Under the pieces are notes generated by a model, which worked only from the letters and a program-made list of their open reading frames with translations, did not search any database and was not told the origin of the DNA. The translations under genes and the position numbers were made by a program. This document shows, in pieces, positions 24,196-38,522 of a stretch of 64,000 bases of DNA. Position 1 is the first letter of the stretch. Every line of letters begins with the position of its first letter. The stretch spans positions 1,409,923 to 1,473,922 of the forward strand of contig CM119264.1 in the NCBI GenBank assembly GCA_051294375.1, written 5' to 3'. The stretch comes from Paraspadella gotoi. Its lineage: Eukaryota; Animalia; Chaetognatha.

Positions 24196-26400
24196 TGCCA
24201 TTTTAATTTTACACGTTCTCTCTTCGTTTCCCTTTTATTTATTTATTCACTTGACGTTAATTTCCTCTCAAAAACTCATAGAAGCGAAAATTAAGGATCG
24301 TAAAGACGTAAGCGTCGTCATTATAGATATCGTTGTCATCATCGTCCTCTTCGTATCATTTTTCGTCGTCGTCGTTGTCATCATCGTCCGCTTCGTCATC
24401 ATTTTCATCGTCGTAGTCGTCCTCTTCGTCATCATTTTCGTCGTCGTAGTTGTCATCATGGTCACGTCGTAGTCATCATCGTCCTCTTCGTCATCATTTT
24501 CGTCGTCGTCGTTGTCATCATCGTTCTCTTCGTCATCATTTTCGTCGTCGTCGTCGTCGTCCCCCTCATGGACGTCTTCAACGGTCTGGTGTCCAACTGC
24601 GATATGAGTCGTCAAGCGATAAGCGAAATGGTTTTTCCTGGGGATGTTTACTATTTCTATCAGGCGCAGACCGGCGACGATGACGACGACGAAGACGACG
24701 ACGATGACGACGATGAATGAAGTTTAGAATAAATTACGAAATGATTTAATTCTTTTAAAAATTATCTTTAAAAAATATGTAACGAATTTGAATTTAAATC
24801 ATTGTTACCTGAAAAAAAAATAGATTCGTATAATAATGATATAAATAGAGTTATAGATAATAAATATAAATTAATTGAAATGGCCGTTTGTACAAAATTA
24901 ATCTATTTTTTTTTTAGTCGACTCGAACAAAACAGCAATGCTCGCCACTATTCCTTAATCGTTCTCAGCCCGAGAGATGGAGTCAGTGGCGCCACCCAAA
25001 AATTTGTTTCACTTTTTTTGACGATTTTTTAATTCGGTTATAAAATCGTCTAAAGTCTCCAGGGAAAAAGGGAGGAATGGACAAATCGTGGGTGCTGCAA
25101 ACGATAAAGACCTAGGGGGACTTTTTTCCAAGAACGCTCAATTTCATCCTATATTCGGAATTACACTCATGTGCAAAAAAAAATGCCCCACTTTATAACT
25201 TTAAATTCCAGACGCTCTATAAAGACATTATTAAAAATTATATAAAAACCTGTGTTTCATTATAAGTTTCAATAACCTAAAGATTATTATTTAGGGATTT
25301 GGGGCAATCCAATTATCCAGTTATCCCTTCGGTTATTTAGCATATTTTTTTTCTTTTTTGATCTACTACAAGGAATGTAATATTTAAGAAAAAAAACATT
25401 AGTCTTAAATCTATCAGATTTTTTTATATTCAGCTTTGCGGTAGAGTACTTCATTTTAAAAAATCACTGTTCCTAAACGGATGGCCCGATTTTAATAAAA
25501 TTAATACAAAACTTTCAAGTATATAGAGTGATTTTTAAATTAATTTTTAGTAATTAGGGTCAGAAATTAGAGTTAGGCTAGGTTAGGTTAAGGTTAAAAA
25601 AATTCTAGGTTAAATATTAAAGTTAGAATTAAATTCTAACAGAAATGGGCCGCTCAGGGAAAAGAGAGTCGAATAAGAATTGGAGGCCTTTTGCTGTCAG
25701 AAGTAAATGGATGCAATTGACAAATGGTTGAGACGTTGGTCATTTTTGTCGGCATCGTGGTGATGATTGCAATTCAGAATTTCAAATTGCTGATGGCACC
25801 TGGATATAATGATGTTATTGTGATTAAAGTTGATAATGTCTCTCCTGAAAGACAGAATTAAAACCAACGGTTGTAAAAATGTTTGGAATCGTTCGAAAAA
25901 TCTTAAAAAGTATATTTTCACCCAAAAAATTAGCTAAATCTGAAACAAGGCGCCGAGGGGAAAAAAGCAAACGAAATAAATATATTATAAGATGTAATAT
26001 AAAATATTTGTAATATATAATGAATAAGATGTGAAACAGAGAGGAGCGTCGATTGAAGAACAAAGCGGAATTTAAATCAAGAAAATGTTTTTTTTATTAA
26101 ACTTTTTTTGGTTTTTTTTATAATATAACAGAATCAATATTGTAATTTTGTTGAGATTGTTTTATATTTATTAAAATTCTCGGCATTCTTTTAATTTTGT
26201 CAATTTTGTCTTTTAATTAGATATAGCTCATTTCTGTCTTACCTTTCTATTGCCACCCGGTTTTATTTTATATCTAACCTCTCTATCCACCCTCTTCCTA
26301 TCTTTTCTTTCTTCTCTTTTTTCGTCGACAACATTTCCAGTTGAGAAAGATCGATGAGTTGAGAGGCGATGATTTGATCGATCGATCTCGTTTGTAGCGT

Positions 26401-26478
<78 letters not shown>

Positions 26479-26556
26479 TCATCGGATCGCAGATGAGGAA
26501 ACCCGAATCTGTTGGGGAATCGGATTTTGATGAGAATTTAATTGTTTGGAGAGAGA

Positions 26557-26600
<44 letters not shown>

Positions 26601-26767
26601 AGAGAGAAGAGAGAGAGAAAGAGAGAGAGCCTTACTTCTGGTCTCAACTCCAAAAGGGCGAGCGTTTTCGCTACATTAGTTCTGTCAGTTTTTTTGTCAA
26701 GCAAGGTGTTGAATGCGATCAATAAGAGAGTCTTTCTTGTTTTCTTTCTCTCTTTCTTTCTTTCTTT

Positions 26768-26808
<41 letters not shown>

Positions 26809-27165
26809 TTCTTTCCTTTTTTCTTCTCTCTTTCTTTTGTTCTTTCTTTCTCTTTGGTCTTTCTTTCCACTTTCCACTTTCCAATTCACCTCAGTTCCAC
26901 CTGATTTGTTGCCCCAATAAAAGTCGCCTTCACTCTTTCTCCTTCACAACCGCGAATCTATTTTTAATTTCAAATTCTTGTCAAAAGGCAACAAAGCTGC
27001 TCAAAAGTCCTCTCGCGACGGCACGAAGCTTGCTTAAGACCCTTTAGCAAAGCTTGCAAAGCTTGCATGAGTCCAACGGTAGCCCTCTCGATGACTTAGC
27101 GTGCTTGATGGGCTTTAAGGGGCTGCGCGCGGTCTTGGTATCTTGACTCTTGTCTTTTGAGGCAA

Positions 27166-27244
<79 letters not shown>

Positions 27245-27321
27245 AGAGAGGAGGGAGAAAGAGAAAACTCAACAGACTAGGAGATTCTGAGTGACCCCAC
27301 TCTGTCTCTGTCATGTCGGTG

Positions 27322-27411
<90 letters not shown>

Positions 27412-27553
27412 GTTGGTCACTCGTCTCTGGATCATCAATCGTCATTTTCTTTTCTTTTTCCTCATCATGACCATCGTCTTCGTCGTCATCGTCTGTCGTC
27501 ATCGTCGTCGTCGTCATCGTCATCGACATCGTCTTCGTCTTCGTCCGTCGTCA

Positions 27554-27585
<32 letters not shown>

Positions 27586-28029
27586 GTCATCGTCAACATC
27601 GTTGTCCGGCTTACGTCGTCCACTCGTCGTCATGATCAATTTCTTCATCGTCATCTTTTTTCAGTCGTCACCGTTGGCGCCATCTTGACGACGTCTTCAA
27701 CGACGAAAATCTCCGAGGAAAAAAGATAATCAGTCGAAAGAGACGCGAGTCGCTTTTGCGGCGCCACCTCCCCCTCGCCCGGCGTCCCCCTCCCACCTTC
27801 CCCTCCCGCCAACCAACTTTTCGGGGACTCCTTCACTCAACTCGACACTTTCCACTTTGACCTCTACGTCCACTCTCATCGCTTGACCTCTCTTGTGCTA
27901 TTCTTTTCTTTTCTTTCTTTCTTTTCTTTTCTTTCTTTCTTTTCTTTTCTTTTTTTTCTTTTCTTTTCTTTTCCTCTCTCTCATCTTCTTCTTTTTTCTT
28001 CACTTTCCTTCTCACTCTTTATATTCCTT

Positions 28030-28068
<39 letters not shown>

Positions 28069-28136
28069 CTCTCTCTCTCTCTTCTCTCTTTTATCTCTCT
28101 CTCTCTCCTCTCTCTCTCTCTCCTCTTTCTCCTCTC

Positions 28137-28167
<31 letters not shown>

Positions 28168-28240
28168 CTCTTTTTCTTCTCTCCTCTCTCTTCTCTCTCT
28201 CTCTCTCTCTCTTCTTCTCGTCTCTCTCTCTTTCTCTCTC

Positions 28241-28290
<50 letters not shown>

Positions 28291-29477
28291 TCTCTCTCCC
28301 TCCTTCCATTCTCTCTTCTCTCTCTTCTACTTTCTCTCTTCTCCCCCTCTCTATCTCCTCCTCCCTCCGCCTCATCTTCCTCTTTCTCTACTCCCTCTCT
28401 TCTTCTCTCCTCCCTCTCCTTCTTCTATCTCTCTCTCCCCCTCTCTCCTCTTCTTCCTTTAACCCTTTCCTCATAATGGACCCTGCGTTGCGAGACACAC
28501 AAAATGTCAACGTCGTGAACAAACAAAAAACCTCCACCGCCAGATTTCGCTTTTCACGTCTCACCCGCCGCCGCCGCGCAGCCGCCCGCCGCAAGCCGTC
28601 GCTAGCATAACGACTATAACGACACGACGACGACACGACGAATACGACGACGACACTGTCTTCCGATTGATGACACTTTTCCCTTTTATCCAGATTTCTG
28701 ATCTATTACAACGTTCCTTGTCACAATTTCGTCAACCCTTTCTTGTCACAAACCTTCTTTCACAAATTTGTCACAACCTTACTAAACCTTTCTAGTCACA
28801 CTCTCTTATCAAACCTTTTGGACACCCTTTGTCAAATTCTACACACACTTTATCACACCCTTTATCAACTCTATCACGGACCTATTTTACTTATTCCTTC
28901 TTCCTGACCCCACCTCCTCCTCGACCCATCCTAGCACCTCCATCCTTTCTTGCCTTCAACACCCCATCCTCTCACCCTTCCATCTCCCTTTCGTTGACTT
29001 TCGGCAGAAAACGACGCAGAGAAAATGGATATCCGAATGAAACGTGACCAAGTTTTATCAATCGCCAATACAGTTTTGGTTTTGTCATCACTAAATAAGT
29101 TTTGTTTATTTTTGGCGGGACTCGAAAGATTTTGTCATCCACTTGGGTTCCTTTTTTTCGTCACTAGTTGTTATATTAGTTTTGTCATAACTGGATTTTT
29201 TTCTCATTACTGATGAGTTTTGTCATAACAGAGTAGTTTTGTCAAAATTGAAAGAGTATTATCATAACTGGATTAGTAATTATCACATAACAAGGCTAGT
29301 TTGTTATTACTTTAAGAGTCTTGTCTTAACTGGTGGAAGTTTTGTCATAATTCAATGAGTTTTGTCATAGATTCTATTATTTTGTCATGACTGAATTAGT
29401 TTTGGTCATCACAGAATGAAATTTTATCGCTGGAAGAGTTTTGTCATTTTTANNNNNNNNNNNNNNNNNNNNNNNNN

Positions 29478-29850
29478 CCTGGATATAATGATGTTATTGT
29501 GATTAAAGTTGATAATGTCTCTCCTGAAAGACAGAATTAAAACCAACGGTTGTAAAAATGTTTGGAATCGTTCGAAAAATCTTAAAAAGTATATTTTCAC
29601 CCAAAAAATTAGCTAAATCTGAAACAAGGCGCCGAGGGGAAAAAAGCAAACGAAATAAATATATTATAAGATGTAATATAAAATATTTGTAATATATAAT
29701 GAATAAGATGTGAAACAGAGAGGAGCGTCGATTGAAGAACAAAGCGGAATTTAAATCAAGAAAATGTTTTTTTTATTAAACTTTTTTTGGTTTTTTTTAT
29801 AATATAACAGAATCAATATTGTAATTTTGTTGAGATTGTTTTATATTTAT
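29478..29850 (+). repeat. Gap-flanked near-exact duplicate of 25799-26170
   Basis: The identical 79-aa spurious ORF is reported at both places; bounded by N runs. Confidence 0.9.
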
Positions 29851-30430
29851 TAAAATTCTCNNNNNNNNNNNNNNNNNNNNNNNNNNNNNNNNNNNNNNNN
29901 NNNNNNNNNNNNNNNNNNNNNNNNNNNNNNNNNNNNNNNNNNNNNNNNNNNNNNNNNNNNNNNNNNNNNNNNNNNNNNNNNNNNNNNNNNNNNNNNNNNN
30001 NNNNNNNNNNNNNNNNNNNNNNNNNNNNNNNNNNNNNNNNNNNNNNNNNNNNNNNNNNNNNNNNNNNNNNNNNNNNNNNNNNNNNNNNNNNNNNNNNNNN
30101 NNNNNNNNNNNNNNNNNNNNNNNNNNNNNNNNNNNNNNNNNNNNNNNNNNNNNNNNNNNNNNNNNNNNNNNNNNNNNNNNNNNNNNNNNNNNNNNNNNNN
30201 NNNNNNNNNNNNNNNNNNNNNNNNNNNNNNNNNNNNNNNNNNNNNNNNNNNNNNNNNNNNNNNNNNNNNNNNNNNNNNNNNNNNNNNNNNNNNNNNNNNN
30301 NNNNNNNNNNNNNNNNNNNNNNNNNNNNNNNNNNNNNNNNNNNNNNNNNNNNNNNNNNNNNNNNNNNNNNNNNNNNNNNNNNNNNNNNNNNNNNNNNNNN
30401 NNNNNNNNNNNNNNNNNNNNNNNNNNNNNN

Positions 30431-30613
30431 CGTTATTGTCGTAGCGACGCCTGCGGCGGCGGCGCGACGGCGGCGGCAGCGGCGGCGGCGGCGGCGGCGG
30501 TGAGACGTTGAAAGCGAAAATCTGGCGGTGGATGGTTTTTGTTTGTTCACGAGTTGACATTTTTGTTTTGGTCTCGCAACGCAGGGCAATTGAATGAGGG
30601 AGGAAGTGGGGGT

Positions 30614-30655
<42 letters not shown>

Positions 30656-30713
30656 AGAGATAGAGAGATAGAAGAGACAGAAGAGAGAGAGAGAGAAGAG
30701 AGAGAGGAGAGAG

Positions 30714-30799
<86 letters not shown>

Positions 30800-31498
30800 A
30801 AGGAATTAAAGAAGAGTTGAGAAGAAAGGTGAAGAAAAAAAGAAGAAAGATGAGAGAGAGGATAAGAAAAGAAAAGAAAAGGAAAGAAAAAGAAAAGAAA
30901 AGAAAGAAAGGAAAGGAAAGGAAAGGAAAGGAAAGGAAAAGAAAAGAAAAGAAAAGAAAAGAAAAGAAAGAAAAGAAAAAAAAGAAAAAGAAGAGGGTCA
31001 AGCGATGAGAGTGGACGTAGAGGTCAAAGTGGAAAGTGGTCGAGTTGGAGTGAAGAACCACACACAGAATCACGCGCACAGCCTCGATTCTACTGCCGAC
31101 ATCACTGCCACGGCCTGACAGCCCATGATCGCTCGCTGAACTTCCAACAGCCTGAGCATACGCCGCCGCCGCATACTCCTACGCCTTCGGACGTCATCAA
31201 CGCTAACATGCCGGAGTACTCAGAGCCCTACACAGATCCACACGCAGGACGCCGCTAGCTCTCTCTCTTCAGTCTGCAACGCGCACCCTAGCACACCGTA
31301 GCCGCGGCCTGACATGGCCAGCTATCAGGAACACACCTCCAATTATCTGAGTCCCGACAAAAGTGGTCGGCGGCAGGGGGAAAGTGAGGAGGGGACGCTC
31401 GGGCGATGGGCGAGCACGCACAGTGGTATAGCGCTGATACCCTATCTTCGGGGGGTGGGCGCCACAAAGCGACTTCGCGTCTCTTTCGACTGATTATC
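30431..31498 (-). repeat. Inverted duplicate of ~27724-28615
   Basis: 30431-30590 reverse-complements 28480-28615; 30990-31055 reverse-complements 27830-27895; 31350-31498 reverse-complements 27724-27830. Confidence 0.85.
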
Positions 31499-32290
31499 TA
31501 CGACGACGACGACAACGACGACAACGACGACGACGACAATGTCTTCCGATTGATGACACTTTTCCCTTTTTATCCAGATTTCTGATCCTATCTTGTCACA
31601 AACCCTTTCTTGTCACAATCCCTTTCTTGTCACAAACCCTTTCTTGTCACATACCCTTTCTTATCATAAACCTTTTATTATCACAAACCATTTTTATCAC
31701 AAACTCTTTCATATCACGGACCCTATTTTACTTATTCCTTCTTCCTGACCCCACCTCCTCCTCCAGACCCCATCCTCTTGACCTCAAAACCCCATCCTCT
31801 CGCCTTCAACACCCCATCCTCTCACCCTTCCATCTCCCCTTTCGTTGACTTCCGGCAGAAACGACGCAGAGAAAATGGATTCCGAATGAAACGTGACCAA
31901 GTTTTATCATCGCCAATCCAGTTTGGTTTTGTCATCACTAAATAAGTTTTGTTATTTTTGGCGGGACTCGAAAGGTTTTGTCATCACTGGGTTCCTTTTT
32001 TCGTCACTGGATTAGTTTTGTCATAACTGGATTTGTTTTCTCATAACTGGATGAGTTTTGTCATAACTGGAGTAGTTTTGTCAAAATTGAAAGAGTTATA
32101 TCATAACTGGATTAGTATTATCATAACAAGGCTAGTTTAATTATTACTTTAAGAGTCTTGTCTTAACTGGTGTAGTTTTGTCATAATTCAATGAGTTTTG
32201 TCATAATTCTATTATTTTTGTCATGACTGAATAAGTTTTGTCATCACAGAATGAAATTTTCATCGCTGGAAGAGTTTTGTCATTTTTTTC
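31499..32290 (+). repeat. Direct duplicate of ~28620-29452, including a ~20-bp GTTTTGTCATAACTGGATTA minisatellite
   Basis: Colinear sequence from TGTCTTCCGATTGATGACAC to GCTGGAAGAGTTTTGTCATTTT. Confidence 0.9.
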
Positions 32291-34469
32291 ACGGAATTTG
32301 TTTTTCCACTTACGACGTTCCAAACTCACAGCAAAGATTTTGTCAGCTCTCACACGGGGATTTTGCTTAATCAATTTAAAAAAAAAACATTGATCCTGTG
32401 AGTAACATTTTTTATTTATTGTAGTATACATTGACATCCCTTTAGATTTTATCCCCACTGGTAGTCCTTTCATCGTTTTAGTTAGTATATTTTAATTTCT
32501 GTATAAGGTTTAAAATGTCAGTTCTTCTGGGCAGCAACAACTAATAAAACTTGCTAAACTGTAGCTCCATACAAGCTCATTACAAAAATTCTTCCCCTGC
32601 GTTAAGTAATAAACATTAATTGTTCTTTCTCGTTTAAACCTCTCAGTTTTAAATTGATAAATTAGTTTACAACTTTCTTTTGTCATTATTTAAAAAAGAA
32701 AAATTAAATTGTTTAAATTTTCTCTCCCGTTTTTTTTCTTTCTCTTAATTTTGTGATTAAAAAAAAGAAGGCGAAAAGGCAACAGAGATAAATGTCAACG
32801 TGATTTTGAAAAGAACGGAAAATTATTTTTTGTATTTGTCACAAAAAAAATTATATTTTTCTTAAAAAAGTATTTTTGTTCTTTTTCTTTTCTCGAAAAA
32901 AAAGAAAGAAAGAAAAAAAAGAGGAAAGAAAGAAAAGAAAAGAAAAGAAAAGAAAAAAAGAAAAAGAAAGAAAAGAAAGAAAAAAAGAAAAGAAAAGAAA
33001 AGAAAAGAGTTTTTTTCTTCTAAGAAAAGAAAAGAAGAATTTTATTCTTGAATTTTGAAAATAAATTTCGGCTAAAAAATCTTTTATCTGGAAAGAATCA
33101 AGAAGATGTGGAGACAGAGTGAATATCCTCGTCATTCACAGAAAATTCTTTGGTGACAGCGATGACGAGTAGACGAGGCGAACGACGACCGAGCGGAGCG
33201 ACGACGGGAAAACAAAGACAAAGCTCGTGAAGGGACATAAATTGGATAAATTATATTACGAAATTAAGTTTTTTTTATTCAGGAAAACTTTGAGAAAAAA
33301 AATACTTATTCAAAAATTCTGAAAAATTTTAGAAATAGCATAATTGAGATTCAGAATAAAAGTTTTGATATTAAAATTTTTTTTTTTTTCAATATTTGAA
33401 TATTTTGAATGTAAATGCAAATGAATTAACCATTAACGAATCAACCCGTGATGTCACGTCGAAATGAGAAATACAGTTAATGACCGAGTGATAGACAACA
33501 ACAGAAACTCTAAGAACTAGACACCAAACTACGGCTCACGACATAAATGAGCCGACAATGTCTGACGATCAATAGAGGACAGAGACAGAGAGAGAGATGA
33601 GAGAAGATGAGAGAGAGAGAGAGAGAGAGAGAGAACGCAGAGAGAGAGGGATCATGAAATTCCACNNNNNNNNNNNNNNNNNNNNNNNNNNNNNNNNNNN
33701 NNNNNNNNNNNNNNNNNNNNNNNNNNNNNNNNNNNNNNNNNNNNNNNNNNNNNNNNNNNNNNNNNATTCTCGCGCGCGCCAACCGATAAAGCGACGTAAA
33801 GTCGATCGCGTTTCTTAGCGCCAATTTTAGTAACCGAACGAGTATTCAATTCTGGTTCCAAAACTCGTTTAAGTCGAGCTTCGTGGTAGTAAAAATGGGG
33901 AAGGAAAGACACAAAGAGAGACAGAAAGACGTGATAAAAAAGGATATAAAGATAGAAGGACAGTACGAAAGTATACAGAAAGGCGAAAAGAAAAGCGATA
34001 AAGAAAGAAAGAAAGAAAAAAAGAAAGAAAGAAAGAAATATAGAAAGAAAGAAGAAAAAATAAATAAATAAGATAGAATAGAATAAATAAAGAAATAATA
34101 CATTAAATAAATATTAAATAAATAATTAAGATAATAAATAAAGTAATAAATAAAATAAATAGATAAAGATAGAAAAAGAAAGAAAGACAGAAAGAAATAA
34201 ACGAAAGAAAGATGAAAGAAAAATAAATAAATTAAATAAATAAATAATAAATAAGTAAATAAATAAATATAAATACAGTAAATAAATAAATAAAGAAAGA
34301 GAAACGAAAGAAAGTAAGAAAGAAAAAAGAAAGAAAGAAAGAAAGAAGAGAAAGAAAGAAGAAAGAAAGAAAGAAAGAAGAAATGAAAGAAAAAGAAAGA
34401 AAAAAGAAGAAAGAAAAGAAAAAATCCTCGATGCGTAGGCCCATTTCTCTGGCATACAGGCGGGCGGAC

Positions 34470-34565
<96 letters not shown>

Positions 34566-34748
34566 GGCGAGCCGCCTCTGTGCCACGCGAGAACACGAAT
34601 AAAAAAAGGGAGATTGCACGTTTCGACGCGGAGGATAGCAGTTTGGGCATTCTTGTGGGCCTTGCATGTCGTCGGTCCGTCGTCGTCGTCGTCGTCCTTT
34701 TTTCTCCCTTTTAGTCAATGCTGCTGATTGAGTCAAGAGACGACGACT

Positions 34749-34781
<33 letters not shown>

Positions 34782-35998
34782 CGAACCAGAATCGATTTCT
34801 GGGGAGGCGATGCAAAGAGAGTCTCTCTTGCTCTTCCTCTTCCTCCTCCTCCTCCTCTTCTTCCAAGCTTCTCCGTTTTTAACTCTGGAACGATGGCGAC
34901 GCCCTCCTGCTACGTTTTATTTTTTCTCACTTTTTAACTTCATTACATTTTTGCTACGATTTCGTTTTGCCACGGTTATGATTTGCCACGGTGTCGATAT
35001 GTCACGGCCTCTTCTAATGAGATATATTTTTTTTCAAACGATACAAGAATTATAGATAATTTTTTTGTATTCTGTCCTTCAACAGGACGCTCTCTCTCGG
35101 TCTCTCGTCTATTTCTATCTCTATCTCTCTCCGTCTCTCCTCTCCTTCTCTCTCTCTCTTCCTCTCCTGCTCTCTTCATGTCTTCTGCACTCAGATCTCT
35201 CTTCTCTCGTCCTCTGCTTTCTCAGAGTCGTCTCGTCTGTCATCGACGTCTCTCCTGCTTTTAATGTTCGCCCGTTAATGTCTTCTCCGCGCGGCCTCAT
35301 ACGGAAAAATCTTCATCTCTCTTTCACTCGTCGTCTCTCTCATCCTCTCTCGCTCCTCTCTCCTCACTCTCTCGTCGTGCTGTCTCTCTCTCCTCCCGCG
35401 TCTCTCTCGCGTCTCTCTCTTTCTGCTGCTGCTCTCGTCTCCTCTCTCTCATCCGTCGGAGCCGCCCCGTCTGTCTGCTTCTCTCTCTCTCGTCTCGGTC
35501 TCGTGCTTCTCTCCTCCGCTCGCTCCTCTCAGTCCCTCCTCTCCTCGTCNNNNNNNNNNNNNNNNNNNNNNNNNGTGCGATTTTTTCTCTCATTTTTTTG
35601 CCTTTTTCTTGCAAATTTCGTGCAAAAATTCTCAGCCTCAGTTTTTCTTGGATTTCGAAATTATAAATATTTAGCTTCACTCAATTTGTTTTGCATCATG
35701 AACGCAACATGTGCGTATTTTTTTGTGCAAATTGTATGGATTCGTTGTCACCAAACCTATTAGCACTTTGTTTTCTCGAAGACAGTATTTCACAGTCAAG
35801 TTCAGTAATATTTAATATACAGTAATATTTCACTCATTTTTGTTATTTTATGCTCAGTCGCACGTTGATTAAAAATACATGAAAATAATTTTTCGCTCTC
35901 ATTCTGATTAATTGATTGATTAATTAATTAATTAATTGATAAACAATTACACACCAACATTTCAATTCTCACGAAAAGTGCGTAAACGAACATAAGTT

Positions 35999-36188
35999 GG
36001 AGTGAATAAACGAGACTGTGAGAGAGTCTTGATTGAAAGGGTACAGGCCATGTCATTATCGGGCCATGTCATTACAGGCCATGTCATTACAGGCCATGTC
36101 ATTACAGGCCATGTCATTACAGGCCACGTCACTATCTTGTAAGACTAAGAGTGATGGAGGCCTTAAACTAACAAAACCTGTCCAAACA
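35999..36188 (+). mobile_element. Short interspersed repeat, family A, with internal 15-bp expansion (CAGGCCATGTCATTA)x5-6
   Basis: Aligns with 52526-52633, which carries one unit where this copy has about six. Confidence 0.75.
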
Positions 36189-38141
36189 TTGTTTATTTAT
36201 GAAATGAATGGATAATTTTATATGGGTTGTATCAATATCATGTATTTTTTTCTTTTCTCCCTCAATGTCAAGTCATTTTAAACTAATTAATGCAAAGTTT
36301 TATACTAAAAGTAAAAACAACTTTAATTCGTCAAACTAATTTCTCTTCCATCCGAATTTCGTCGAGAAAAAACCATACCAGATCTGAAGATGGCGTCAGG
36401 GGGATTTCACTCTATCCCAGCCATAAACCGCCNNNNNNNNNNNNNNNNNNNNNNNNNNNNNNNNNNNNNNNNNNNNNNNNNNNNNNNNNNNNNNNNNNNN
36501 NNNNNNNNNNNNNNNNNNNNNNNNNNNNNNNNNNNNNNNNNNNNNNNNNNNNNNNNNNNNNNNNNNNNNNNNNNNNNNNNNNNNNNNNNNNNNNNNNNNN
36601 NNNNNNNNNNNNNNNNNNNNNNNNNNNNNNNNNNNNNNNNNNNNNNNNNNNNNNNNNNNNNNNNNNNNNNNNNNNNNNNNNNNNNNNNNNNNNNNNNNNN
36701 NNNNNNNNNNNNNNNNNNNNNNNNNNNNNNNNNNNNNNNNNNNNNNNNNNNNNNNNNNNNNNNNNTCGGAAGAAATAGTTTTTTTCTAAGGCGCCGACGA
36801 TGATGATGACAAATTATTGGTTCGCCAGGGAAAAGGATTAGGCTGAATTGTGTTTTTTTATTTTTTTAAATAAAAGTACAAAAAATATTAAAGGTTACCT
36901 TTTAAAATAATATAAAATCTTGTAGGTCAATATAAGAAGAAAAGTAGTATCAACAATTGTATAAGAATACAAATTTTTACTAATGATTTTTAAATAAATA
37001 AAGGTTTAAATTTTAACATTATACTAATTTTTCCGAAACGATAATCGTATACAATAACTCTGACGTAGTCACCTTTGGTTTAATTTTTTTTTTAAGTTTA
37101 AAAGAATATACTCAATATTTATCCAAATAATTTTTTTTGTACACTTTCACAATAAAGTAACGCTTGTTTTAATTTGTATTTTATCGAAAATAAATTATAT
37201 TATCCAACACTACACTTTGAAAGAGATAACGACTTACTCAGCCGGCCGCGGCCACTGGTTGTCATTTTGTTTTGATTCTCATCGATCTTTTCTCTTTTCT
37301 TTTCATCTCAAGCGATTTTTGTTTATTTTTTACCTCTTATCTTTTATCTTTGTTGAACAAAAGACTAATACTAACAAAGTATGTTTACATTATAATCATA
37401 AACCTCTAATCGGGATTAATACCATCCCATAAATAAAAAAGGAATAATTAAAATTTAAAATAAAGAAAAATAAATCTTTTTTCTTTCAATTAGAAGAAAA
37501 GAAACTTCCTTTTTCCAAGTTATAATTTTTAATTATAAACACCGATTTTTCTTGCGCTTTTGAAAATTGCCTTTGATTTATGATGACAGTTTTGTGACTT
37601 TCATAAAAAAATTTTAAATTTACCAAAATTAGGTTTTAAAAAATAGAAAGCGTAACAATTTGCGCCGAGAGAGAATTAGCTATCGATCAAAAAGAAAACT
37701 TTTTTTTCATTTTTGTTCGACACAAAAGGAACAAAAAATCCATTGGATAAAAGAAGGCAACTTGGAAAAATTGGTCGGTCGGTCCTTTGACCCGATAGAA
37801 AAAATCTCATCGCAGAAAATGGCTAAAACTCTCAAAAACCACTTTTTGACCTTTTTGGCCTTTTTGGCCTTTTTCGGGCCTTTTCTGTTGCTGCTTTATT
37901 CAAAAATAACGAGTTGAAACTATATTAAGATATACTAACAAGCTTTAGATCCATATTAAAAAAAGAATCTTAAATCTTAAATGATCTTTTTTTTTCTATA
38001 AATTTCGGAAAACAAGAAAATATTTTGTAGAAAGAACTTTCGTTCCCCTTAATTACGGAAGATTCGGCCGCGTGTCCAATGATTAATCGTCTCTTCCCCT
38101 TTTCTTTTCCTTTCCTTACTTTTCTATTCTCGCCTCTTTAC

Positions 38142-38522
38142 TTTTTAGTTTCGCCGCGAGTACTCGCGGAGCAACTCTATAAGCCACTTTTCGGTCGGTC
38201 GGTCGGTCGGTATATCCCTCTTAAGTTAAAAATGCTCATAACTTGCATATAGTTGGTTGCTCATTTGTTAAGACAGGACAGGACCTCAAATCTAAGTGAC
38301 TGCTAGCGCCGCCTTCAGGTAATTCTAAAACTATAAAGGATAAAAGACAGAATACCAATGCAGTGCGGGTCATAAATACAAAATTAACAATTATAAAATA
38401 TAAATACAATACAAATACATTATAATATAAACCACCTAGTCATGTAGTAATGTGATTATAGGGAAATACATGTGAAAAGCAAGTCACTGCGGAGCAACAC
38501 ATTGGATGAACCGATCTTGTTT
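38142..38522 (+). mobile_element. Complete Helentron/DINE-1-like non-autonomous element (HINE)
   Basis: T-rich start TTTTTAG; 16-bp palindrome CCGCGAGTACTCGCGG (38154-38169); (TCGG)5 microsatellite; subterminal GCGGAGCAAC repeated at 38489-38498; 3' hairpin ATTGG-atgaa-CCGAT; then CTTGTT into a T run. Confidence 0.75.

Noticed and set aside
24268-24720. Asp/Glu-rich minus-strand ORF (and similar at 27311-27836)
   Set aside because: Explained by (TCG/TCA)n trinucleotide repeats; no splice or homology support, though an acidic exon cannot be fully excluded.
25723-25860. 45-codon hydrophobic small ORF (MVETLVIFVGIVVMIAIQ...)
   Set aside because: Too short, no recognisable family or exon context; compatible with chance.
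29813-30589. Long ORFs containing X runs (also 33510-33912 and 36290-36803)
   Set aside because: Artefacts of translating through N gaps.
31057-31345. GC-rich unique-looking insert
   Set aside because: Interrupts an otherwise colinear inverted duplicate and is absent from the other copy; likely read noise.
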